A DNA stretch of 64,000 nt from an uncultured candidate division Zixibacteria bacterium (GCA_963668625.2 CAXXKA010000004.1:224001-288000); one strand, 5' to 3'. Positions 52,701 through 63,045 are shown, counted from the stretch's first letter. A program made the numbers and translations. The notes: a model not told the origin generated them from the letters alone.

Positions 52701-53366
52701 AACATGTTGTAGTAGAGCTCCCCCTCCGTTCGTACCAATGGCTTGATTGTTGTAAAAATAGTTGCCGGTTATATTGATAATACCATCCTTGCAAAACAAT
52801 CCACCTGCTGCAAAAGCGATATTACCGTTAAAATTGCAGCCTCTGACAGTTATATCAGAGTTTTGGCTGTAAATTCCTCCGCCAGATTCTATAAATCCAC
52901 AGTTATTTTCCTCTAAAATACAATTAATTAGAGTTAGATCGGTAGAATCTATATATACCGCCTGATTATTCACTTTTCGGATTCTCGCTTTATATAAAAT
53001 AGATGAGCTATCCGAATGATCAAAGAGCAGCCCGCTCCAGGTAGTTTCTTGTGACGGTGACTCGAACGATACTTCGTTTGTCGCTGTATCACCTGATGAA
53101 CTTACATTAACTATTAATGTCGCATTCCGATTGATAGTAAACCGATAGTCACCGTGAAATATAACTCTAATGGTATCGGAATCGGCATAGATTCTCAAAG
53201 TACTATCTTCAGGAATATTAATATTACCGGTTATATTATATTCGGAATATCGAGAATCCCACATGCCGTACACATCACCGACAATGGTAGTATCAGCCGC
53301 CATCGCATTGATATTAAATATCAATACGAATACAAATATAATCCTATAAAACATGCGCATAAACAC
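49791..53366 (-). CDS. Secreted right-handed beta-helix (GGAI/FxxN repeat) protein with C-terminal dockerin-like domain
   Basis: Repeated 'GGAI', 'F..N.A'; three 'SPCI..G.P...D.D...D.GA' modules; 'PGDINMWVGDWPP'. Confidence 0.88.
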   Translation of the reverse strand: MFMRMFYRIIFVFVLIFNINAMAADTTIVGDVYGMWDSRYSEYNITGNINIPEDSTLRIYADSDTIRVIFHGDYRFTINRNATLIVNVSSSGDTATNEVSFESPSQETTWSGLLFDHSDSSSILYKARIRKVNNQAVYIDSTDLTLINCILEENNCGFIESGGGIYSQNSDITVRGCNFNGNIAFAAGGLFCKDGIINITGNYFYNNQAIGTNGGGALLQHVQEGIFKNNVFDFNVANEKGGGLDLSDTTTIAIENCTFFQNSARFGGAISTRTEALPTINSCILWDDMASLSNPEIYVEPGNDNPIVKYSDVNENLGYLDYSCINEYPIFNDTARVHVIDLSLSWSGIQDDVEGKSPCINTGDPLLPKDADSSYADMGAYPYHHIFNLVGRIQLDTLQELYSPYYVMSPCSVSSGDGLYIEPGVEVLFKHCYDAGVISLYDIVVCSGSYINAPGTAESIITFGRNDPGIGYKGINFVNSDPSYFTFTRFLGADSSAAITLTNSTGVLDTCYFEKNNYGAVASYNGSLICSSSVFVDNEAVRGAAVNAIGGSLDLFSNTFKADSASAEGGAISLSAITDLNLKRNVFWLNHSNSYGGAIYCDSLAPIERTLFTNNTFYRNKSENSGGAIYANAVSDFDIQNCIFWENLAIDYQSRHLYFAGNNVTYDYCDLSQGSLNDIQDADSCISDDPLFVDRDNGDFNLGLGSPCIERGNPDTTIFKDPDTTRTDIGARHFPQGMQRIFGDITGKTELFPPDTFKVTGDIIVSDGDTLIIEQGVTLNFMGMYDIIVENTGLLLSEGKWVIMDDDTTFSRVRYTSFDTSRGWGSICFNNAESSLVHLSLIEYSNDTPIRLDNAGDGVVISYNIFENNYGENTPGAVLADGSSPQVIFNLFTNNLSESNGGAVSIENGSDARIERNIFWLNEAFNYGGGVYIEGCTDSMALLSNTFYANQANTGGGVYLNNCSPLLLNSIIWNNDANYSSQIHVDSSMVAPFVDYCDIQNGYTSGGANNISDDPMFIEPSAGDFSLMWVGFPYTDSLKSPCIDMGHPNDTLYIDADGTRIDIGAVSFYNAFIHTNYFPGDINMWVGDWPPLVIGADVSYLVNYFRNKAEPCFLDSFFGPADVNGDCAVIGSDVTYLVNYFRNLNDLTYCPFHPTNWPESSDLPGEMPFNWPNCQEIEEISNSRQTEYKNR

Positions 53367-53539
53367 CTCCGGTTAAAGGAAACGGTTACGTTTAAAATAT
53401 TTTTTTATATCACTAGCGTCCGGTGTTTTTCGGTAAAATTTAAATTTCTCCTTGGGATTGTTAGTGAAAGATTTTTTCCGATATAATTACATATTCATCA
53501 TATCATACATCCTGACATGTCCTACCGATGTTAAGCTTA

Positions 53540-53629
53540 GTTCCCTGGTTTCCAAGCGCTGCCTGGAAACCTTCTTGAGTTACGTAGAATGCGCATTCTG
53601 CAGGCAAACAAGCCACGTTGCGAAGCAGC
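53540..53629 (+). repeat. Second repeat family copy
   Basis: Colinear with 38651-38740; contains the palindrome GTAGAATGC-GCATTCTGC. Confidence 0.8.
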
Positions 53630-53703
53630 ACTTCGCAACGAGATGGAAAAGCCGGACAGTAGTGTTTCCATATAGTCTTTTATCTCGAGTACGAGATTTA
53701 CGA

Positions 53704-56700
53704 CTATTTATACCTGACAGCTTCAGGCATTTCCCGCCCGTTTAAACTGTCGGGAATCGGTACACATATCGGCCAGTCAACAGGTTGCGAATCAGGCAGC
53801 GGCGGCCAGGCCGGCATGAAATCAGGACAGGGCACGAGAGTTGCCATACCCCTGAAATAGTTCACCAGTACGCTGACATCAGCGCCAATCACCTTACAAT
53901 CACCGTTGACATCCGCCGGGGCGTAAGCCGTATCGATAAGGCAAGGTTTGGATGATCCTCTCAGGTAATTTACCATATAAGTTACATCCGAACCCTGTAC
54001 GGCCGGGGGCCAATGTCCGGCATACATATTGGCATCACCGCAAACATAATCGAAAGTTACGCTTGGATTGTTAAACCATTCTATATAATCCACTTGCCAG
54101 ACATCGAATCTGCTTTTCTGTTGCTTCTCTTCGCCTTTATACCGCCAGGCAAAAAATATGGAATCCTCGTAAATCAAACTGTCTGCCAGATGTATCTCAA
54201 CCGGTAGCCAGGTCGTCGGAGCTATAAAATGATTACTGGGAGTGTGCACTAGAATGGGTTCCAGGGTATCGGCTGCGCTTACCTCGAAATCACTCGAATG
54301 GAGAATATAAAACTCATGGGTAGCTCCTGATGTACCGCCCCAGTGAGTAGCTGTTTCCCTGAACCTAATAACCGGGTATCGGGCTTGCACGGTTGCCATA
54401 GGCCCGAATACGAGCCAATCATTATGTGGCCCCGGATAATTATACCCCGGCAAATAGGAACATTTATTATCTTCGGGATTATAACTCCAGCCATTGTAGG
54501 TATTCCAGTATGGTATGGTGCTATCCGTATTTTCCGATTTAAAACCAGTCGGCAGTGTAATCGAGGTATCTTTCGTATCATTCACGCTAAAGCCGAAAAA
54601 TCCCTCTTCCCCGAATCCCTCTGGTTCTGGGAAACCGTTCTGCACGAAATCGGTCATGTAAATCGTTTGCGAGACACGATTATCATCTGGCTCGTCATAA
54701 TCCGATAATATCCGGGCGCCTACGCGATAAGCACCGGGCGTACTAACATCCCAGTCGGCGTTGAAGTAGTAAACCTGACTACCTACCGAAAGAGAATGAT
54801 AAATACTATCGGTGTATACGGTATCACCTGAGGCCTCGCTGATTATATAGATAAGCATCCTGGCAACGACACTGGCATCGCTTGTGATTGCCAGCGAAAC
54901 GGGGAAACTGCGAGGTTGGTTTACCAGCCCTACCTCCGGCAGATTAATTATACCATTCAGACTCACTCGAGGTCTTACCGTTATATACGATCCGGCAAAC
55001 ATGGGCGCATGCATCGAGGAATTATCATCCCCGATATATATAGTTGGCCCCTGCTCCGCGTCCGGCGAGGAGGGCATTAGCTGGTACCTGCCTACCGGCG
55101 CGTCATCCTTGATATGCAACCTTACATTATAAAGCTGCGTCGGAGTTGCAAAACTAACAGTCCCCGATGGCCCAAGTGTATCGGCAATATTGATTATATC
55201 TACGCTACGCCCGGCATTATCGGTAATCGTTCCTATCGCCTCGAATCCTAAACCGGTAACATCCTCGGCAATAACCTGGTCGATCACGCCCGTTTGGATA
55301 TCGAATGAGGTCTGTCCGCGAAAATAGCTGTCGTTTTCGATATAAAGTGGAATGTTTATCCATTCGCCTCTATGTCCCGAAAAATACTGGTCCAATTGCG
55401 TTTGAAGATTAATTTCATGCATCGGAGGATTATCCGCTATCGGGCAAGCGTTAACAGGCGCCGAACCAATGCCCGATAAATATGCCACCAGGTAAACCAA
55501 ATCGATCGTATCAACGGGACCATTACCGTTCATATCCGCAGCCGGCATACATGGAGCCGGGCCGGTTCCCATCAAGTAATCCTGAAGATACCACAGGTCG
55601 GCCCAGTTGCACCAACCATCATAGTTGACATCCCCGTATGAATTCGTTCCCGTGATATCATCAGGCAACACCTCCAGGTTGAGATGAACGATCAGGGCAG
55701 GATCATTAACGGCATTGCTATTAATGACTATATCATCGTTTAAAACAGCGCCGGCGTAACCTGTCGTATTTATCTCGAAAACCAGATCGAAAGGTTCTAC
55801 CGTACCCACCGAGCCGCTGTTTATAATCGGGCTCAACCACGGTTGAGAATTTGACGTACCTGAAATATCCAGAGGCAGATCGCCGGTATTATTTATCCTG
55901 ATATTTATCTCGCCTTCGACATCAGGTTGCACTTGAAAATCGTACGTATCAGTTTCCGTGGTAATTATCGCGCCTATCGATGGCCTATTCAACACCTGAA
56001 CGATACATGCCACGGTATTCAAAGAGTCCGAACCGCTATGCCAGATTTCTATCTCACCCTTATAAAGTTCCGCCGGGTAGGATGACATATCGAAAGTCAC
56101 CTGAATGCTCGTGCTGTCGTTTGCCGGAATCTCTACGCCTGTCCAATTATTAATATCAATCCAACTTTCCGAGGCTTTTATACTATCTATTCTCACCGAA
56201 AAATCGGTATCATAATTGATAAGTTGCATTCTCTGCCAGACCGTAGAATTCAAATTAGCTGATAGTGAGAATGAGCGCGGCCTGTTGTATACCCAGCCTG
56301 ATTCTACGAAAATCGGGGTCATCACCATCTCAACCGGCGTTATGCTTCCGGCCTCTACCTCCACCCCTGTGAGACTGGTATCGTAATACCCGGGATGCGA
56401 GAAATGAATATCGTAAACACCGGGAAATAAATTCTGGAACTGAAATTCGCCGTCATTATTAGATGTTGTATCTGCAATTGACGGTCCGGCCGTATTTATG
56501 ATCACATCCGCTATACCGACTCCGCCCGGAGTAGTAACGATACCACTAATACTTCCATTAGAAGATCCGAAATTGACAGCGCTTATCGATACTGCTATTG
56601 GATAGGTAGCCGTACCACTAGTATCGCTCACCTCCAAAGGAGTTTGAAAAGGATGTCCTCCAATGCTCAAGCATTCCGCTATCTGCCCGTAGGCAGCCGG

Positions 56701-57525
56701 GTCATTGGTTGTCAATATTGCAAATGTCGCTATAGCTTCAGGTACAAGTGTATGAAGCCAGGGAGATTCACCACTATCCAGGTTAGCCGCTCCGAATAAA
56801 CTGCATGATATCCATCCCGGCTGGTTCGGAGGGGAATCGAATCGATTGGAAAAGGCGGCAACGTCCCACTCGGTCAGCGGATAATAAAAACTGCTTAATG
56901 AATGTGTGTAGAAATCTTCTAAGTATTGATTATCTGCCCCAAGCGTAAAATTCAAAGAGCTGCCATAAGCATCGATGTCGGTTTCGACATATATGTTCAC
57001 GCCTATTATGCTGTTCAAATCAGCGCTTATTGGCGAGGAATCGATATTGCCAATCCAGAATAAAATATCAGGGTCAGGAGCGTTAACGAACGGCTCGGTG
57101 TAAGTATTAGGTTTACTCAGGCAATTAGGCCAACCAGCCGGCGGGGATGATGGAACATCCTCGCTAGATACCCAGGTTGGATTATATTGAGAACAAAACA
57201 TAAGCGAATTGAGCCCTTTAAAATGCTCCACCAAATAAGTTATATCCGCCGAATTAACTGCGCAGTCTCCGTTGACATCTGCCGGGGCGAAAAACAATGT
57301 ATCGAATGGTTCAGGAGCGCCTGATTCTAAAAAGTAACAACCGGATGTATTAAAACGAAAATAATTGGCCAGGTATGGCAAATCAGCAACAGTTACCGAG
57401 GGCGGCCATGCCCCCATCAACATGTTCACATCACCGGGTAGATAATCATGTGTTTGAGCGAACAAAGGTGATACCAGTAGCAAAGTCATTACTACAAACA
57501 TTGACGAGTAAATAACTTTTCGCAT
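53704..57525 (-). CDS. Large secreted multi-Ig-like protein with three dockerin-like domains and a carboxypeptidase-regulatory-like domain
   Basis: 'PGDVNMLMGAWPP..ADVNGDC', 'YGDVNYDG..ADMNGNG', 'CGDANMYAGHWPP..ADVNGDC'. Confidence 0.85.
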   Translation of the reverse strand: MRKVIYSSMFVVMTLLLVSPLFAQTHDYLPGDVNMLMGAWPPSVTVADLPYLANYFRFNTSGCYFLESGAPEPFDTLFFAPADVNGDCAVNSADITYLVEHFKGLNSLMFCSQYNPTWVSSEDVPSSPPAGWPNCLSKPNTYTEPFVNAPDPDILFWIGNIDSSPISADLNSIIGVNIYVETDIDAYGSSLNFTLGADNQYLEDFYTHSLSSFYYPLTEWDVAAFSNRFDSPPNQPGWISCSLFGAANLDSGESPWLHTLVPEAIATFAILTTNDPAAYGQIAECLSIGGHPFQTPLEVSDTSGTATYPIAVSISAVNFGSSNGSISGIVTTPGGVGIADVIINTAGPSIADTTSNNDGEFQFQNLFPGVYDIHFSHPGYYDTSLTGVEVEAGSITPVEMVMTPIFVESGWVYNRPRSFSLSANLNSTVWQRMQLINYDTDFSVRIDSIKASESWIDINNWTGVEIPANDSTSIQVTFDMSSYPAELYKGEIEIWHSGSDSLNTVACIVQVLNRPSIGAIITTETDTYDFQVQPDVEGEINIRINNTGDLPLDISGTSNSQPWLSPIINSGSVGTVEPFDLVFEINTTGYAGAVLNDDIVINSNAVNDPALIVHLNLEVLPDDITGTNSYGDVNYDGWCNWADLWYLQDYLMGTGPAPCMPAADMNGNGPVDTIDLVYLVAYLSGIGSAPVNACPIADNPPMHEINLQTQLDQYFSGHRGEWINIPLYIENDSYFRGQTSFDIQTGVIDQVIAEDVTGLGFEAIGTITDNAGRSVDIINIADTLGPSGTVSFATPTQLYNVRLHIKDDAPVGRYQLMPSSPDAEQGPTIYIGDDNSSMHAPMFAGSYITVRPRVSLNGIINLPEVGLVNQPRSFPVSLAITSDASVVARMLIYIISEASGDTVYTDSIYHSLSVGSQVYYFNADWDVSTPGAYRVGARILSDYDEPDDNRVSQTIYMTDFVQNGFPEPEGFGEEGFFGFSVNDTKDTSITLPTGFKSENTDSTIPYWNTYNGWSYNPEDNKCSYLPGYNYPGPHNDWLVFGPMATVQARYPVIRFRETATHWGGTSGATHEFYILHSSDFEVSAADTLEPILVHTPSNHFIAPTTWLPVEIHLADSLIYEDSIFFAWRYKGEEKQQKSRFDVWQVDYIEWFNNPSVTFDYVCGDANMYAGHWPPAVQGSDVTYMVNYLRGSSKPCLIDTAYAPADVNGDCKVIGADVSVLVNYFRGMATLVPCPDFMPAWPPLPDSQPVDWPICVPIPDSLNGREMPEAVRYK

Positions 57526-57881
57526 TACTTTCTCCCTTCAGGATTATAGGTACTATAATTTCACCCTGTTGCGATTAGCATTATGATTAGCAATTACTGT
57601 GGCTTATGAAAGCCTGGATGTATGAAATGCCTATGAGTTTTAAGGTAATTAAATTTAGCCAATCAGAGTAATGTGTGTCAAGTATTTTTTGGTGTTTTAT
57701 ACCTTTAAGACCTGATTATCAGAAATACCACAGTTGTCAATTAGATGAATAGCAGTTTTAATGACACATTCTCATTAAAAAAACTCGATGCCATTTAGTG
57801 CCTTTAATACACTAATTACATTCATTCAGAACCTGCCTTTCTAAATTGCCGGAAAGGCAAGCTGTTGTTGATAATTTGAAA

Positions 57882-58367
57882 TCAAATATATTGCCGCAAC
57901 GCCATCCAGTACGACTCGTCCCAAAACTTTCTGGCTGCTCCCGAGGTTGATGGCAAAACGAATATTACCGATGCCCCGATCTTTTCCTCTTTTATACCAT
58001 ATGAAATATCATGTTGAAGGAAAGTTTTTGCGGATTTCTTACCGTTAAAGGCTATCATCGATGGCGAGTGTTTCAGCATCTTCTCCCTGAAAGAGTCAAT
58101 ATCAAAGGCTGAGTGAGCTAACGTCGAATCGGCGCCATAGCTGCTTTTTGCCAAATCAGTTAATCCGATACCATACTTTAAAACATCCCTGAAATTCTCA
58201 GGAGGTAGTTTTCTGTCTGTTAATCCGATTTTAAACAAAGTCGCCCAGAATCTATTTCCCGGCCCGGCGTAATAAGCGCCTCTCATAGCTGAAACATCTC
58301 CAGCCGCCGTTCCACAAAAAACGATTCGCAAATTATAATCCAGTACATCGGGTAAAATGTGATTCAT
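57882..58367 (-). CDS. mug: Mismatch-specific (G/U) DNA glycosylase
   Basis: 'IVFCGTAAG', 'YAGPGNRFW', 'VLPSTSGAA'. Confidence 0.9.
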   Translation of the reverse strand: MNHILPDVLDYNLRIVFCGTAAGDVSAMRGAYYAGPGNRFWATLFKIGLTDRKLPPENFRDVLKYGIGLTDLAKSSYGADSTLAHSAFDIDSFREKMLKHSPSMIAFNGKKSAKTFLQHDISYGIKEEKIGASVIFVLPSTSGAARKFWDESYWMALRQYI

Positions 58368-58566
58368 GGTAAATATCCTTTTAGATTAATATTCAAATAA
58401 GTAATAGACATGGTAATCACCCCATCTTTAACATTTAATGAGAATATACAATATGGATATCTGAAGAACAAACACCTCTTCCAGTAAACGACTATACGCG
58501 GAGGAGCTTGATAATAATAATTGTTCTTAAGTGCCATCGCTATAACTCGTTATACCGCAAACAAAA

Positions 58567-58639
58567 AGCCGAGGATCAGAGTCGAACTGACGACCTGCTG
58601 ATTACGAATCAGCTGCTCTACCAACTGAGCTACCTCGGC
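58567..58639 (-). tRNA. tRNA-Thr(CGT)
   Basis: GCCGAGGTAGCTCAG...TTCGTAA...GTTCGACT...CCTCGGCT. Confidence 0.96.
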
Positions 58640-58925
58640 ATAAGAACTGAAATATCATTCCACCCGCAAATAGACCATGAATGGTATCAGACGGGCAACA
58701 CTAATAATATCTAAACTAACAATTTAAGCAAGCGAAATTTTCTAATCTCAACTGCCCCAATAGTGCAATTTCGCCTTTTCTATATTTTCACCTAAGATAT
58801 TGTACATTTCCCCAATAACCGGATGCGAAACTGGACTATCCGGTAGTTACAAATAACACCTTTTTCTCGTATTAATAGCCTATTCCTTTCATACCTCTTT
58901 ATTTAAAGACGATAGATCATTTAGG

Positions 58926-60248
58926 TTGAGTGTACGAATGAATAAAAAAGAATTACTTGAAAAAATTTACTCTTCGGATGACCTATTGTCGATGCCGGAG
59001 GTCATAAGCGAGATTTTGCGGGCAACCCAGCAGGAAAACCTCTCAACTAAAACCCTGTCGAATATTATATATAGAGATCCGGCAATAACCGCCAAAGTGC
59101 TAAAATTGGCCAATTCCCCCCTCTATAAAAGACCAGCGCCAATTCGAAGTGTCAATGATGCTATAACTGTATTGGGACTAACCACGGTCAAATGCCTGGC
59201 GCTTTCGCTTTCTATATTCAACCATGAACAAATAACCGCTAAATCGGGCGTGCGATCTCAGGATTTTTTCGCGTATATTCTGCTCGTTACCTCGGCTACC
59301 GAGCTAATCGCCCAAACTATATCTTACCCCAACCGCGAGGAAGCTCTTATTACCGGGCTTATGCATGATATCGGTATACTCTTTCTTCTAAGATGTTGCC
59401 CTGAGCAATATAGAGATGTAATTAAAGCAATGGATGATGGTGAGAATATTTTTGATGCCGAGATTCGTATTTTCGGAATGAACCATACCGAAATCGGATT
59501 CCATATAACCCAGCTCTGGAATATTCCTGATAATATCGTCCAGGCGGTAAGGAATCATCATACACCTCCCGGTAGTGAATCCGACAATAATCTCAGCTCC
59601 ATAGTGCAACTTGCCGTTCTACTGACTTTTAATCGTTTCTCGGGGACCGAGAATAAAATAGATGATCGTCTGAATAAAATCACTGTTCTGATGAAAGTAC
59701 TCGGACTGAGTCGCCAGCAGGTAACAGATATCGCAAATAAAATAGTAATCCTGATGGCCGATATAGCCCAGGGCTTGAATATCCAGATTGAAAATATCGA
59801 AAACCTGCTCTCACAGGCTAATCAGGAAATATGGAAATCCTACCTTATGGTGGATGAGCTTTTCAAAGAACGCGAAATTCTAAACGCTAAAGTCTTATCT
59901 CAGGAAAGATTCAAAGCCGCCGCCGAAACTCGAGATAAATCAATTGCCACTCTCTCCCACTATCTGAATAACTCCGTTATGGCTATCTCGGGTCAAATAC
60001 AATTGCTATACATGCTGCATCAAAAGCAATCCAGCGAGGTTGACCTGAAACTACCTAGAAGCCTGCAGATAATAAATAACTCCATTAATAAAATTCTGGC
60101 GGTAATGGAGGAGATGAAAGATATCTCCCCCCTCGATCACGAACAGTATTTCAGCAAATCACACGCGATGAATATCGACTCCAGGATTGAGCAGAGATTG
60201 AGACGGATTAACAAGGAACAGTTCTCCATTGTCTTAGATAAAGAGTAA
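58926..60248 (+). CDS. HDOD domain protein with a C-terminal HisKA-like helix
   Basis: 'DPAITAKVLKLANS', 'GLMHDIG', 'LSHYLNN'; start may be ATG 58938. Confidence 0.88.
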   Translation: MSVRMNKKELLEKIYSSDDLLSMPEVISEILRATQQENLSTKTLSNIIYRDPAITAKVLKLANSPLYKRPAPIRSVNDAITVLGLTTVKCLALSLSIFNHEQITAKSGVRSQDFFAYILLVTSATELIAQTISYPNREEALITGLMHDIGILFLLRCCPEQYRDVIKAMDDGENIFDAEIRIFGMNHTEIGFHITQLWNIPDNIVQAVRNHHTPPGSESDNNLSSIVQLAVLLTFNRFSGTENKIDDRLNKITVLMKVLGLSRQQVTDIANKIVILMADIAQGLNIQIENIENLLSQANQEIWKSYLMVDELFKEREILNAKVLSQERFKAAAETRDKSIATLSHYLNNSVMAISGQIQLLYMLHQKQSSEVDLKLPRSLQIINNSINKILAVMEEMKDISPLDHEQYFSKSHAMNIDSRIEQRLRRINKEQFSIVLDKE

Positions 60249-60257
60249 TAAAACTAT

Positions 60258-60698
60258 CTATACTTCAACCTCCTGTAACCGGTTTTGATTGTAAAACTTA
60301 TCGAAATCGATTTTGTCCAGTTTCATACCGGTTAACTTATTGATTATCACCTCGTGTAAATCCGTCCAAAATTCATACGCAGCGCCTTTATACAACTCCA
60401 GGGTCTTTTCATTTCTAAGCTCTTTATCGAGCTTGCCCTGCATTGCCTCCAGAATATCTAAGAACGATACCTCTGATAATCCCCTTTTGATTCTATAACC
60501 ACCCTGGATGCCCCGATAGCTGGATAAAAATCCCTGATCGGAAAGATCTTTTAATATTTTGGCCATATACTCCCTGGGGATTTTTTCCGATTCCGATATC
60601 TCCGATATCGTGCATAATTTGTCCCCCTTGATAGAGGCAATATACAACATTGCCTTGATCGCATACATCGTCTTACGAGTAATATGCATATCAGCCAC
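60258..60698 (-). CDS. Rrf2 family transcriptional regulator (no C-terminal Fe-S cysteines)
   Basis: 'YAIKAM', 'IPREYMAKILKDL', 'RGIQGGY'. Confidence 0.9.
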   Translation of the reverse strand: MADMHITRKTMYAIKAMLYIASIKGDKLCTISEISESEKIPREYMAKILKDLSDQGFLSSYRGIQGGYRIKRGLSEVSFLDILEAMQGKLDKELRNEKTLELYKGAAYEFWTDLHEVIINKLTGMKLDKIDFDKFYNQNRLQEVEV

Positions 60699-60951
60699 CT
60701 TTCACCATACTTACATACGTTTACGGAACCCTAACTCTGTGACAAAATGCTCTACGTTGCTACGTTAAAACAGAAAGATCGGAAAGTCAAGCTTTTTTAC
60801 AATTAAACAGTCTATTTTTATATGTAACTCATTCTGACCTATATACTTATATGTAAATAGACTAAAACTAACAATATAATCTATATATTTATATCCTATT
60901 GTCTTATTAATACTTAAAGGAAGCTAACGGTTGGCTAAAGTAACATCTATA

Positions 60952-61476
60952 CTATTTACCGTCGTTTTCCAATTTAAACCGCTGCTTTTTGACTATTTTA
61001 CTTATTTGCAAAACAAAATAGATCGTGATTGGTAGCCAAATTGCAGTAATGGCAATCATCACCCAGATATTCGAATTGTTTAATCTAGTTGAATGAGCGG
61101 TCTCGTTAATCATACATTGGATATAGATGAACATCAAACTGAGTAACACACCTATGGTAAGCACAGCCTGTTTCAGATATTCATATACGGGTTGACTGTA
61201 TTCTCTCGGCCACTCTCTTACCTCCATCTTCTGGGGGAAATTATAGTATTCGGGGTAACGAAGTAAGATAAGTATTAGCGTGATTATTAATGTTGATACC
61301 GATGGCAGAAGGAAAAATTCGAATGGATTTTTATCGGTCCATCGATCGGGTTCCCCTTTCAAATCGAAATGTGCCGGAAAACGTTCCGGTAAGCCGTCAT
61401 AAATCCAGAACGCTAACAACCACGCGACAATAACCAGAGCCAGATTAAGCCAAATTAAGCCTTTGGTTCTACTCAT
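60952..61476 (-). CDS. DUF1648/SdpI-like membrane protein
   Basis: 'LPERFPAHFDLKGEPDRW'; 4 TM helices. Confidence 0.85.
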   Translation of the reverse strand: MSRTKGLIWLNLALVIVAWLLAFWIYDGLPERFPAHFDLKGEPDRWTDKNPFEFFLLPSVSTLIITLILILLRYPEYYNFPQKMEVREWPREYSQPVYEYLKQAVLTIGVLLSLMFIYIQCMINETAHSTRLNNSNIWVMIAITAIWLPITIYFVLQISKIVKKQRFKLENDGK

Positions 61477-61695
61477 TGTATATCTCCCACGCAATGGTTT
61501 TATATCAATATAAATTCAGATAGAATAATTATCGACCGAGAATTTCAATTTATTAAAAAATAGCATAATTACCGGCCACAATGTTTCAATATCTGAACCC
61601 ACATCAATACCTGGCGATACTCAAGAATATCCGCTTCTATTACTGATGATGCCAGTATTATATTTAAGTTTTCAATTATTTATTCAACCAAAACG

Positions 61696-63045
61696 TTAAA
61701 AATCAGTTTTCCCCGAGAAATTAAAACGCTTGATATAAATCGATGGCGAACTGCAACATCCTATATCATCCCACCAGTTGGGAATTAATTGCGTTTCCCG
61801 TGAAACTCCGCCCACTCGCGAAAATGCTTTTGTGATAGATTCGGTGAATCGAAGGTTTTTCACGGCGCCGACTATTTTGCCGTTTTTAATCAAGAAAGTA
61901 CCATCGCGCGTCATCCCGGTCATAACGGTCTTTGTCGTATTCAGAAGTCCGTTAATATAATGAAAACGCGTAACCAGTATACCGTTTTTCACCATTGAGA
62001 TCAACGATTCTTTTGACTTTTTGCCGGAGGATATAAAGATATTACCCGCCATCGGGCCTTCATCCCCACCCGGCGGCATAGCATGCCCGGTAGAGCGAAC
62101 CCCTACCCGCGCGGCATATAACGAATCGTAAACGGGCTTACCAATCATACCTTTCTTGATTAGAAATACTTTCTTCTTAGGTACACCCTCAAAATCGAAA
62201 GGTATGGCTATCCCCGAGGTATTGTTACCGTCATCATATATTGAGATTTCAGGTGACATCGCTTTTTTACCCAGCTTTTTCGACATGAAACTGGTGTTTT
62301 CCATATACGGTTTTGCGCCAAAGCCTATATAAGTCATCCAATTCATAATCTCGGCAACAGCGGATGGCTCCAGGATAACATCGTATTTACCAGGCGGCAA
62401 CTCTGTTGGATTCTGGCTGTCGAGGCATTTCTGAATAGCAGTCTCGGCAAGCGAATCAAACGGTAATTTCACCACCCGGCGCGAAAGCCCCGAGGCAAAC
62501 CCCGAGGATGTATCCGACATCGCAATGATATTAATCGAGGCCGAGGTGACAGGTTGATATGCGGCGACTCCCAGCGTGTTGACAACCGCCAGTTCCGAGG
62601 TGGAAGTAGAATAGGCCCCGGCCACCGTAACTTTACTATTATCCGCTTGCTTACATATCTTTTTAATGACCTCGGCTCTTTGTTTGGGCGTATACCTGGC
62701 AGTAGGTTCGAAATAGGTCTCTATCTTTTTATACGGTGATGGTTTCGGGAATCCCTTGAAATCAGGATAAGCGGGCTGTAGTTTGGCGATCTCTATTGAA
62801 TTCCTCATCGCGGCCAGCATATTGGCTTTCTTGAAAGAATTCGTGGATGTTATCCCGATCTTGCCATCAACGGCCGTTCTAAAAAAAATAGTCGTATTGC
62901 TCTCGGCTACATTCTGATGTATATACGAGTTCGCAAAGCGTGTCAGTCCGAAATCCTTGCCAACGAAGATCGCCTCGGTTTGTTCGGCCTCCGATCTCTG
63001 GATAACCGATCTGAGCTCGGAAAGTATCTTGCTCTCGCCTATCAT
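61696..63045 (-). CDS. TldD/PmbA family protein (non-catalytic TldE/PmbA-like subunit)
   Basis: 'TRFANSYIHQN', 'PGKYDVILEP.AV', 'FDFEGVP', 'TGMTRDG'; lacks HExxGH. Confidence 0.9.
   Translation of the reverse strand: MIGESKILSELRSVIQRSEAEQTEAIFVGKDFGLTRFANSYIHQNVAESNTTIFFRTAVDGKIGITSTNSFKKANMLAAMRNSIEIAKLQPAYPDFKGFPKPSPYKKIETYFEPTARYTPKQRAEVIKKICKQADNSKVTVAGAYSTSTSELAVVNTLGVAAYQPVTSASINIIAMSDTSSGFASGLSRRVVKLPFDSLAETAIQKCLDSQNPTELPPGKYDVILEPSAVAEIMNWMTYIGFGAKPYMENTSFMSKKLGKKAMSPEISIYDDGNNTSGIAIPFDFEGVPKKKVFLIKKGMIGKPVYDSLYAARVGVRSTGHAMPPGGDEGPMAGNIFISSGKKSKESLISMVKNGILVTRFHYINGLLNTTKTVMTGMTRDGTFLIKNGKIVGAVKNLRFTESITKAFSRVGGVSRETQLIPNWWDDIGCCSSPSIYIKRFNFSGKTDF

Noticed and set aside
49595-58639. 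Genomic island between tRNA-Ser and tRNA-Thr
   Set aside because: No integrase and no duplicated tRNA 3' end seen; the genes resemble the rest of the window.
27078-60849. Recurring TAA-N19-TTA intergenic motif (27078, 48019, 58528, 60825; CAA variant at 49690)
   Set aside because: Only six specified A/T bases, so many chance hits are expected in AT-rich DNA; cannot be supported without a genome-wide enrichment test.
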